This document shows, in pieces, positions 16,344-24,478 of a stretch of DNA of 64,000 nucleotides (position 1 is the stretch's first letter; each line of letters starts with the position of its first letter). This stretch comes from Alphaproteobacteria bacterium (GTDB lineage: Bacteria; Pseudomonadota; Alphaproteobacteria; UBA6615), in NCBI GenBank assembly GCA_965205535.1, contig CBDBHH010000005.1:2140672-2204671 (forward strand), read 5' to 3'. A model generated the notes under the pieces. The model ran no database searches. It saw nothing but the letters and a program-made list of their open reading frames with translations, and had not been told where the DNA came from. The position numbers were made by a program, and so were the translations under genes.

Positions 16344-18449
16344 ATGAACTTCCTTCTCGCAGACACCTTCCAGTCAGCGCTGGCCAAGCTTTCAAATGAT
16401 GAGCAGAAGGCCGTTAAACTGACGGTATTCGACCTTCAGCAAGATCCGTCCAATCCGGGATTAAAACTCCATCGCATCGACAAATCGAAAGATCCGAACT
16501 TCTGGTCAGTTCGGGTAAACCGCGACGTACGTCTGATCATTCACAAGACCCAATCGAGTTTTCTGATTGCCTATGTGGATCATCATGACGATGCCTATAA
16601 GTGGGCAGAGCGTCGTCGGATCGATATGCATCCACGAACGGGAGCCGCGCAGATCGTTGAGGTCCGCGAGCGGGTCGAAGAGATCACCATCCCGTCCTAT
16701 GTCCAATCCCAAGAGCCAGAAGTTCAGGAAGCTGCGGAAGCTTCGCCACGTTTCCTTCCGCCGCTGTTCCTGGAGTTAACGGAAGAAGATCTACTGAAAG
16801 TCGGCGTGCCTGAAGATTGGGTCGATGACGTTCGAAATGCGTCCGAGGATAACTTCTTCGAATTGACCGACCATATCCCTGCAGAAGCTGCCGAGGCGCT
16901 TCTCGACTACGTTTCTACGGGTAGTCTTGTCGTGCCCGGCAGCGTCGAGAAGGGGAGCGATCCCTTTGCACATCCCGATGCGCTGCGCCGCTTTCGGGTT
17001 ATGGAGAATGTCGAGGAGCTGGAACAGGCGCTCAACTACCCTTGGGACAAGTGGGCCATATACCTCCATCCCAATCAGCGTGAATTGGTCAATTCAAACT
17101 ATTCCGGCCCGGCACGTGTCGCTGGCTCGGCAGGAACCGGTAAGACCGTCGTCGCTCTTCATCGCGCGGCGCATATCCTGCGCAATGAACCGAATGCGAA
17201 ATTGCTTGTTACGACCTTCTCAAGCCCGCTCTCGAACGCATTGGAGCATAAGCTTCGACTACTCATGGGTGAGGACGGGAACTTCGATCACAAGGTCTCC
17301 ATCAGGCCGTTTGAAGGAGTAGCACGGGAACTGTTCACACTGATAAATGGGCATGACCCGAACGTTGCACGGCAAGAGCACGTGACGGCCGCATTGACGA
17401 CTGCGATGCAAGAACAAGAACTGAGTGGTTTCACAGACCGTTTCGTCCTGTCCGAGTGGCGCTACGTGATCGATGCCTGGCAGATCGACAGCTTGGATGC
17501 TTATGCCAATGTCCCGAGGTTGGGTCGAAAAAACCGCTTAGGCAGTAAGCAACGGGAGCGGCTTTGGCCGATGTTCGAACGCGCCAAGCAGCTTTTGAGC
17601 GATCAACGGCGATATACCTCAGCGACCGTATTTGGCGGCGTCGCCAATCACTACAAGAGCTCTGACGCTAAACCTTTTACACACATCATCGTTGACGAAG
17701 CCCAAGACCTTGGTGTTCCGGAACTGAAGATGATCGCGGCGATTGCGCCTGCTAATCCGCAGGCCCTGTTTTTTGCTGGCGATCTCGGGCAGCGAATATT
17801 CCAGGAGCCATTTTCTTGGCTCGGGTTAGGGATCGACATACGTGGCCGTTCGCACACACTGAAGGTCAACTACCGTACGTCTCACCAAATCCGACAAGCA
17901 GCCGACAAGCTCCTACCGGATGTCGTGCGTGATGTTGACGGCATCGAAGAAGATCGTCGCGGAATGGTTTCGATCTTCAATGGTCCTGATCCGGAAGTGT
18001 TCAAGTACGCGTCGGCTGATGACGAGACCAAGGCCACCGGACGTGCAATCCAAGAAGCCATCGATGAAGGCATGCCGCCCGAGGAGGTCGGCGTGTTCGT
18101 ACGCTCGGAGAACGAGCTCTCTCGTGCGCGTCAGGCTGCCAAAGAAGGCGGTCAGAAGCCGTTGGAGCTATCCGACAGAGTAGAAGATCGAACCGGGAAA
18201 GTAGCCATCGGCACAATGCACCTGGCGAAGGGTCTGGAATTTCGTCAGGTCATCGTCATGGCCTGCGACGATGAAGTGCTGCCCGACCAGGATCGTATCG
18301 ATACGGTGGCGGATGAGGTCGAACTGGACGAGGTCTACGAGACGGAGCGACAGCTATTTTACGTCGCATGTACCCGTGCCCGCGAGAAGCTAATAATCTC
18401 GGGTGTAGAGCCAGCTTCAGAATTTCTCGCAGATATAGTGAATGGATAG
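16344..18449 (+). CDS. UvrD/Rep-like SF1 helicase with N-terminal RelE/ParE-fold-like module
   Basis: 701 aa, starting 5 nt after the previous stop. Walker A GSAGTGKT (aa 261-268), Walker B IIVDEAQDL, VNYRTSHQI, GTMHLAKGLEFRQVIV, LFYVACTRAREKL. N-terminal 95 aa pattern LHRIDKSKDPNFWSVRVNRDVRLIIHK...FLIAYVDHHDDAYKWA. Confidence 0.85.
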   Translation: MNFLLADTFQSALAKLSNDEQKAVKLTVFDLQQDPSNPGLKLHRIDKSKDPNFWSVRVNRDVRLIIHKTQSSFLIAYVDHHDDAYKWAERRRIDMHPRTGAAQIVEVRERVEEITIPSYVQSQEPEVQEAAEASPRFLPPLFLELTEEDLLKVGVPEDWVDDVRNASEDNFFELTDHIPAEAAEALLDYVSTGSLVVPGSVEKGSDPFAHPDALRRFRVMENVEELEQALNYPWDKWAIYLHPNQRELVNSNYSGPARVAGSAGTGKTVVALHRAAHILRNEPNAKLLVTTFSSPLSNALEHKLRLLMGEDGNFDHKVSIRPFEGVARELFTLINGHDPNVARQEHVTAALTTAMQEQELSGFTDRFVLSEWRYVIDAWQIDSLDAYANVPRLGRKNRLGSKQRERLWPMFERAKQLLSDQRRYTSATVFGGVANHYKSSDAKPFTHIIVDEAQDLGVPELKMIAAIAPANPQALFFAGDLGQRIFQEPFSWLGLGIDIRGRSHTLKVNYRTSHQIRQAADKLLPDVVRDVDGIEEDRRGMVSIFNGPDPEVFKYASADDETKATGRAIQEAIDEGMPPEEVGVFVRSENELSRARQAAKEGGQKPLELSDRVEDRTGKVAIGTMHLAKGLEFRQVIVMACDDEVLPDQDRIDTVADEVELDEVYETERQLFYVACTRAREKLIISGVEPASEFLADIVNG

Positions 18450-18597
18450 CGGTGCTGACGCAGGATGCTCCAAAAAAAACTCTCCAACCAAAGTTAATCT
18501 TAGTTCCGCCTAACACCGAGTGGTTCATTGCAATATCTGACAGCGGAATGAAATAGGCACGTTCGGACATACTGACTGGCAGTCAGAGACTCCGTTT

Positions 18598-18910
18598 CTA
18601 CATACGGTCCGTTTTCCCATTTGGGTCAAGGAGTTGAACCACTGAAGGCGCTGGGCTGGGTATGGAAGGTTGAGTATAGGTATTGAGTCGAGTTTGCCGG
18701 AGCCTATCCGGCAACCCTAACAATGAGGTCGTCGATCCCTTCACTCGAACTTTCGGGAATTGGCTGAAAGAGCGCGACGACCTCCAAAGCTTGTCGTCTA
18801 AGTGATCACCTATTTGATGACCAATAACGACATACCGTTCGCTCATTGAGCGCAACGGGGCTTTGTCGCGCCAAGTCGACGCGCTACCTATTCATTACCT
18901 TGAGCGCCAT
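18598..18910 (-). pseudogene. Possible heavily decayed N-terminal remnant of a tyrosine (P4-type) integrase
   Basis: Minus-strand reading next to the tRNA 3' end: MAL... in one frame, then ERYVVIGHQIGDHLDDKLWRSSRSF...LLGLPDRLRQTR...LLDPNGK in another. It loosely parallels the integrase N-terminal pattern (KPYKL..GGGLYL..GSKxWRxRYRF..LG.YP..SLAEAR..GIDP). Stops and frameshifts are present and there is no catalytic domain. Confidence 0.3.
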
Positions 18911-18948
18911 TGGGTGATGTCGGCGTGATGGAAAGACCGCGGAAAATC

Positions 18949-19024
18949 TGGTGCCGGCTAGAGGACTCGAACCCCTGACCTACTGATTACAAATCAGCCG
19001 CTCTACCAACTGAGCTAAGCCGGC
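18949..19024 (-). tRNA. tRNA-Thr (anticodon UGU)
   Basis: Reverse complement GCCGGCTTAGCTCAGTTGGTAGAGCGGCTGATTTGTAATCAGTAGGTCAGGGGTTCGAGTCCTCTAGCCGGCACCA folds as a cloverleaf: 7-bp acceptor, loop TTTGTAA, TTCGAGT T-loop, encoded CCA. Confidence 0.9.
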
Positions 19025-19188
19025 CCCTGTCTTGAACGGCGGGACAATAGGCGCGGCACCGCGCGCCCCGCAAGCCTGTTCGTTCGCGAAACATCCCGGC
19101 GCCAATATTTGGTCCGGCTGCTTGCCATCGCGCGTGGTTCTGGCGACAGTCACCGGATCGCGTAACGAGGACGACAGGGGCGAGACGA

Positions 19189-20217
19189 ATGACCGACAAG
19201 CGGATTGCGATTGTGGGGGCAGGGGCGAACGGTGCGGCGTTCGGGGCCGACATGGTCAACGCCGGCCTCGAGGTCAGCCTCATCGATCAATGGCCCGCCC
19301 ATGTCGAGGCGATGCGCGCCTACGGTCTGCGTGTCGAGATGCCCGACGAGACGGTCATCACGCCGGTGAATGCCTTCCACATCTGCGATGTCGCGACGAT
19401 GCAGCAGCCATTCGACATCGTGTTCCTGGGGGTGAAGGCCTACGACACCCGTTGGGCGTGCGAACTGATCAAACCGCTGGTCGCGCCGGACGGGCTGGTT
19501 GTCGGCTTGCAGAACGGCATGACCCTCGACGATGTTGCCGACATCATGGGCCCAGAACGCACGATGGGCGCGGTGATCGAGGTTGCGGCGGGCCTGTACG
19601 AGGCCGGGGTCGTGACCCGCCAGACCGGACCTGACGGCACGTGGTTTGGCGTGGGTGCCTATGACGATGCAACCCGCGGGCGCGAACAGGATGTCGTCGA
19701 CATCCTGCGCCATGCCGGCGATGCCGAGATCAAGGAAGATATCCGCTCGGCCAAGTGGATGAAGCTCGTCGTCAACGCGGCCGAGTTCCTGCCGTCGTCG
19801 ATCCTCGGCCTGCCGCTGGCCGACGCCATCAAGGAACCGGGCATGCGCGAGGTCATGATGGCGTCGGGTCGCGAGGCGGTGCACACGGCAATGGCGCTCG
19901 GCCATGACCTGGTGCCGATCTTCGGCAAGGACAAGGTCGAGGCCAACGATCCGGACGGCTATGCGACGGTGTTGCTCGATGCGGTGCTGTCGGATTGGAC
20001 GCTGCCGGATACGAGGGTCACGGTGCTGCAGGATTGGGACAAGGGACGCCGCGCGGAAGTTGCGGACATCAACGGGCTGGTCGTTCGCGAGGGTGAGCGG
20101 CTTGGCAGCGCTGTGCCGGTTAACGGGGCGTTGGTCGACATCGCGACGCGCATCGAGCGAGGTGACCTTGCAGCCGATGCGTCAAACGCCGATCTTCTGC
20201 GCGCGCTGCTCGACTGA
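19189..20217 (+). CDS. 2-dehydropantoate 2-reductase (ApbA/PanE) family oxidoreductase, paralog of 3734..4765
   Basis: 342 aa. MTDKRIAIVGAGANGAAFG Rossmann motif. Collinear similarity with the other KPR-family ORF (VNAFH, KAYDT, WFGVGA, SAKWMKLVVNA). Confidence 0.8.
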   Translation: MTDKRIAIVGAGANGAAFGADMVNAGLEVSLIDQWPAHVEAMRAYGLRVEMPDETVITPVNAFHICDVATMQQPFDIVFLGVKAYDTRWACELIKPLVAPDGLVVGLQNGMTLDDVADIMGPERTMGAVIEVAAGLYEAGVVTRQTGPDGTWFGVGAYDDATRGREQDVVDILRHAGDAEIKEDIRSAKWMKLVVNAAEFLPSSILGLPLADAIKEPGMREVMMASGREAVHTAMALGHDLVPIFGKDKVEANDPDGYATVLLDAVLSDWTLPDTRVTVLQDWDKGRRAEVADINGLVVREGERLGSAVPVNGALVDIATRIERGDLAADASNADLLRALLD

Positions 20218-20229
20218 CGGGAAATTTGG

Positions 20230-20850
20230 TCAGTTGCCGTCGGGGAGGGCTGCCAGTTCGTCTGCCTTTGCATGCATGGCCGCGATGAAGCCGTCGAAAC
20301 CGCGGTCGCGCAACACGGAAGAGAACTCCGAACGGTGCAAGGCCAGCAGACTGATGGTCTCATCCAGATAGACGTCCAGAATGCGCCAGCCCCCGTCGGC
20401 GGGTTGCACGAGGTAGTCGATCGGGACAGTCGGCGCCTCGGCCCGCAGGTAGCGTGCGTGAACGATCTTGCGTCCGGATTGGGCGTCTTCGCTGCCTTCG
20501 ATTTCGAACCCCTGGTCTGCAGCGCCAACAAATCGGCTTGCATGAGTGGCGACCATGAACCGGGCAAAGGCTTCGATGAAGGCTTCGCGCTGGCGCTTGT
20601 TCCAACCTCGGAACGTGCGAACGCCGACGGCAACTTCGCCCATGGCATCGATCGCGAATGTGCCTTCCATCAACTCGCCGAGCGCCGCACTTCGCGCGGC
20701 GCTCCCGCCCGTCGGGGGGTTCGCCAGGATGTCGAGCAATCCATTCTGGAGCATCTCGACCGGCGCTGTTTCCGTGCTTTGCGCAGATGCGTGCTGGCCG
20801 GCGACGAGGAGGGATATGGCAATCGCGATGGCGCCGAATACGGACATCAT
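20230..20850 (-). CDS. MlaC/Ttg2D-like (HpnM-like) periplasmic lipid-binding protein
   Basis: ORF 20230..20895. Start chosen at MMSVFGAIAIAISLLVAGQHASAQ (signal peptide). The pattern ...W..RQREAFIEAF..F...Y...F.......GWRILDVYLDETISLLALHRSEFSSVL resembles the MlaC family. Confidence 0.55.
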   Translation of the reverse strand: MMSVFGAIAIAISLLVAGQHASAQSTETAPVEMLQNGLLDILANPPTGGSAARSAALGELMEGTFAIDAMGEVAVGVRTFRGWNKRQREAFIEAFARFMVATHASRFVGAADQGFEIEGSEDAQSGRKIVHARYLRAEAPTVPIDYLVQPADGGWRILDVYLDETISLLALHRSEFSSVLRDRGFDGFIAAMHAKADELAALPDGN

Positions 20851-21025
20851 GCGGGTCGACCAATTTACGGAGTACAGGGAAGGGAAACGTGGCATCGATA
20901 CATCTGCTCGTGAAATGATGGCAGGAAACTAGGCTTTGAACGATGCCTCAGCAAGGCATCGGATTTTTTTCCAATTCGAACGGTCGACCGTTTAAACCTC
21001 GTAGAAGTTTTCTGACCCCTGGCAG

Positions 21026-23620
21026 GTGGAGTTCTTGCTCAAAAAGCGTTCATCTTTCGTTGCGGATGCCATGGTTGCATGGGTTGCCTTTGTGACCCGG
21101 AAACCGGCCGCGACCCTGGCGCTTGCCGCCGTTCTCGCAGCGGTTGCCGGCGGCTGGGCGATCGCCACACTCCGCCTCGAAGGTGATGTGACTCAACTGG
21201 TCGACAGCCGGGCAAGTTTCATTCGCGAATACGGCACATATAAGGCGGCGTTTCCCCAACACCGCCGCCTTAATGTAATTGTGATCGATGGTGAAGATGC
21301 GCGTCGCACGCGTGGTGCCGAGGCGGCTTTGCTGTGCGGCTTGCGTGCCGACCCGAAACTGTTTCCCCAGATCTTTGCGCCGGGCGCGGATCGGTTTCTC
21401 AATCGGCACGCGCTGCTCTATCTCGACATCGACGCGCTGGGCGAACTGGTCGATGACCTGGCCGCTGCGCAGCCCGCGCTTGCACTCCTGTCGCGTGATC
21501 CGACATTGCGTGGTTTGGCGGACCTGTTCGAGCGCACGGATGACAGGGAACGTCTCGATCGTCTCGCAAAAATCGTTGCGGGAACGGTAGCCGATGTAGC
21601 GTCGGGTGGTGGCGACGCGGTTTCGTGGGGCGAAGTTCTTTTGGGCGACGCCGCCGCGCCTCGCCGACGATTGATCGTTTTTCAGGGCTCTCTCTTGGAC
21701 GATGAAGGCTCTGTCGCGCGTCGCCAGGCCGACACGGTCAGGGATATTGTCACACGCGAAGGACTTGTGGCTTCGAACGGGATACGTGTCTCGATGACCG
21801 GACGTGGCCCACTCTCTTCCTCGGAACTGTCTGCGGCGGTCAGCAGTATCCAGTTCGCCGGTGTGCTGTCGTTGGTCTTCGTCGTCGTCCTGCTGTGGGT
21901 CGGGCTCGGCTCGCTGCGCGCGATTTTGGCGGCCATACTCACGCTTGCTGCGGGCCTCGCCTTTACGGCCGCCTTCGCCGCGGTGGCGGTGGGTACGCTC
22001 AATGTGCTGTCCCTGACATTCGCTGTCCTGTTTGTCGGGCTGGGTATCGACTTCGCGATTCACCTGATCCTTCGTCGGGCAGCGGAGCCGGATCACGATG
22101 GGCAGCCGGGAGACGCAACGCGCAACTGGTCGCATGTTGTGCGCGGTCTTGGTCCAACGGTTTCACTGTGCGGCCTGACGACGGCGCTGGCGTTCCTGTC
22201 GTTCTGGCCGACCACGTTTCGTGGTCTCGCGGAGCTCGGCTTGATCGCAGCTGCGGGCATGATCATTGCCGTCGTGGTGAGTTTTACCGTGCTGCCGGCA
22301 TTGATCGAGATTCTTAATCTGTCATTGCGGACCCGGCACCATGGACGGGCTGTGCGTACGGTTGCGCGCATGCTGTCAGGGGCCGAGGCCGCCTCAACAA
22401 AGCACGCGCGCACCGTCTCGGTGGCCGCGCTAATATTGTTTGTCGGGTCCGTGGCCGTGGCGACCCAGCTGCGCTTCGACTTCAACAGCCTCAACCTGCA
22501 GAGCAAAGACAGCGAGGCGGTGCGCACGCTTGTCTCTCTGCATGCTGATGGCACGATCACCCCATATTCACTGACCATTCCGGTTTCCGATCTCGCGGCG
22601 GCGGATCGCGCCTCGGCGGTGTTGACTGCTATGCCGGAGGTCGGGGCAGTGAAGACCCTGCGGGACCTGGTGCCGGTGGACCAGGATCTCCGTCTTGCGA
22701 TCATCGACGAGGCGCGCATCCTGCTTGGGCCGTCCGTGCTTGCACCGACGACGGTACCCGGACCGAACGCCGAGGCACGAAAGACCGCCGCTGAACGGCT
22801 TGGTTCGATGTCGGGAAGTCCAGCAGTCGCACGAATGGCGACGGCGTTCAGCGCGATGGCCGGTCTGTCGGAGCCGGATGCGGGGTTGGCGCGACTGGAG
22901 CATCTGATCGCGAGCGACTTCACGGAGACCATGTCGATGTTGCGGGACACGCTCTCTGCCGAACCTGTTTCTGTCGATACGCTCCCGGCGGAACTCCTCG
23001 CCCGCGAAACGGGCGAGGGGGGTCAACTGCGTGTGGTGGTGCTGCCGCGCGATGATTTGCGTGATTTCGAGGCGCTTGGCGCCTTCGTGGGGGCTGTTCA
23101 CGCAAAGTTTCCGACTGCGACGGGTCGCCCGGCGCTTGAATCTGGTGTGGGAGACATCGTTGTTGACGCGTTTCGTCAGGCGTTCATCACATCGGTTCTG
23201 GCGATCTTCGTGATTCTTCTTGTGACGCTCCGGTCGTTTACCGATGCGGCGTTGGTTATGGTGCCCCTATTGCTCGCTGCCAGCCTGACAGCTGCAACGA
23301 TGGTGGTTTTCTCGATGCCGCTCAATGTCGCGAACGTGATTGTGCTGCCGCTGTTGTTGGGCATGGGCGTCGATAACGGGCTCCATATTGTCGGTCGATA
23401 CCGGGAGTCCGGTTCCGTGATGGACGTCTATCGTTCGACGACCCCGCGCGCGGTGATCGTCAGTGTTCTCACCACACTGTTCTCCTTTGTCGCATTGGCA
23501 TTCGCCGAACATCGCGGCATGGCGAGCATGGGACAATTGCTTGCGATCTCAATCGGTTTCCTGCTGGTCTCGACATTGTGTGTGTTGCCCGCTCTTCTCG
23601 GGTGGCGTGCGAAGACCTAA
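21026..23620 (+). CDS. MMPL/RND-superfamily transporter (HpnN-like, two 6-TM bundles with large periplasmic loops)
   Basis: 864 aa with two hydrophobic blocks, each followed by GxGxDxxIH-type motifs (VGLGIDFAIHL; LGMGVDNGLHIV). Start uncertain (GTG 21026 or ATG 21071). Confidence 0.75.
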   Translation: MEFLLKKRSSFVADAMVAWVAFVTRKPAATLALAAVLAAVAGGWAIATLRLEGDVTQLVDSRASFIREYGTYKAAFPQHRRLNVIVIDGEDARRTRGAEAALLCGLRADPKLFPQIFAPGADRFLNRHALLYLDIDALGELVDDLAAAQPALALLSRDPTLRGLADLFERTDDRERLDRLAKIVAGTVADVASGGGDAVSWGEVLLGDAAAPRRRLIVFQGSLLDDEGSVARRQADTVRDIVTREGLVASNGIRVSMTGRGPLSSSELSAAVSSIQFAGVLSLVFVVVLLWVGLGSLRAILAAILTLAAGLAFTAAFAAVAVGTLNVLSLTFAVLFVGLGIDFAIHLILRRAAEPDHDGQPGDATRNWSHVVRGLGPTVSLCGLTTALAFLSFWPTTFRGLAELGLIAAAGMIIAVVVSFTVLPALIEILNLSLRTRHHGRAVRTVARMLSGAEAASTKHARTVSVAALILFVGSVAVATQLRFDFNSLNLQSKDSEAVRTLVSLHADGTITPYSLTIPVSDLAAADRASAVLTAMPEVGAVKTLRDLVPVDQDLRLAIIDEARILLGPSVLAPTTVPGPNAEARKTAAERLGSMSGSPAVARMATAFSAMAGLSEPDAGLARLEHLIASDFTETMSMLRDTLSAEPVSVDTLPAELLARETGEGGQLRVVVLPRDDLRDFEALGAFVGAVHAKFPTATGRPALESGVGDIVVDAFRQAFITSVLAIFVILLVTLRSFTDAALVMVPLLLAASLTAATMVVFSMPLNVANVIVLPLLLGMGVDNGLHIVGRYRESGSVMDVYRSTTPRAVIVSVLTTLFSFVALAFAEHRGMASMGQLLAISIGFLLVSTLCVLPALLGWRAKT

Positions 23621-23656
23621 GTTAACGAACTCTACGCCTCAGCCGGACGAACCAAC

Positions 23657-24478
23657 GTGAATTTGAAACCGATTTATCTGACCTGCGCGGCCGGGCTCGT
23701 GCTGTACACGGCCGCGGTCGTTCTCGTGCCGCAGTCTTTGGTTATGTTGCTGGACCCGGTGAGCGCCGAGGTCAATCTGACCAATATCCGGATCTCGCTG
23801 TACATATTCTCGATCTGGGCGCTGATCGTTTTGCTGTGGATGTCCCGTGTCCGTCCGGGCGCGGATGACTGGCCGCCGGCGCGGCCGCTATGGCTCGGCT
23901 TGGCCTGGCTGGCGCTCTGCGTTTCGTATACCGGTTTTGAACATGGCTGGTTTAGTTTTGCCGGTTTTGTCTACGCCGAGGACGGGCTTTTCGAATCCGC
24001 AACGGCGGTCATCCTTCTGATCTGTGTCGTTCTCCTGCTGTCGGGCCTGAGACAGTCCTGGCGCCTTGATCGGCGGCTCGGGTTCGCTGCGGGCTTCCTG
24101 GCGCTCCTCTGTTTCCTGCTGTTGATGGAGGAAATCAGCTGGGGCCAACGGATCATCGGGTTCGAAACACCCGAGGAAATCGAGGAAATCAACGCTCAGC
24201 AGGAGACCAATCTCCACAACATGTTCGTCGGCTTTAATCAGCTCATCCGGCTGGTGATTTCGTTGATGATCGCCACCGTGTTGCTTGACCGTGCGCGCTG
24301 GATCGGCTGGCTGCGCCCGATGGGGCTCGATCGGCTGATGCCACCATCAGCGGCCGTCTATTTCATTGTTTTCCTGATTTACGCCCACACCTACGACGAG
24401 CTGTTCGAAGAGGTGGTCGGCCTGTTTTTGCTGGTCTATGTGTTCGACCTGCGCCGACGACTTATGCGCGGCGCGTGA
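23657..24478 (+). CDS. Hypothetical polytopic membrane protein
   Basis: 273 aa with several hydrophobic helices and a conserved-looking MEEISWGQRI segment. GTG start. The 3' end overlaps convergent rlmB by 17 nt. Confidence 0.5.
   Translation: MNLKPIYLTCAAGLVLYTAAVVLVPQSLVMLLDPVSAEVNLTNIRISLYIFSIWALIVLLWMSRVRPGADDWPPARPLWLGLAWLALCVSYTGFEHGWFSFAGFVYAEDGLFESATAVILLICVVLLLSGLRQSWRLDRRLGFAAGFLALLCFLLLMEEISWGQRIIGFETPEEIEEINAQQETNLHNMFVGFNQLIRLVISLMIATVLLDRARWIGWLRPMGLDRLMPPSAAVYFIVFLIYAHTYDELFEEVVGLFLLVYVFDLRRRLMRGA

Larger units (their letters stand above)
7770..18948. mobile_element. Decayed tRNA-Thr-associated genomic (defence) island
   Basis: Abrupt composition drop: sampled 60-nt lines inside give 37-55% GC against about 70% at 19261. 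The right edge abuts the 3' end of tRNA-Thr. Cargo is R-M, PIN and helicase genes. An integrase-like remnant sits next to the tRNA, and a RepA/primase-type C-terminal wHTH remnant sits at the far end. Confidence 0.6.
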
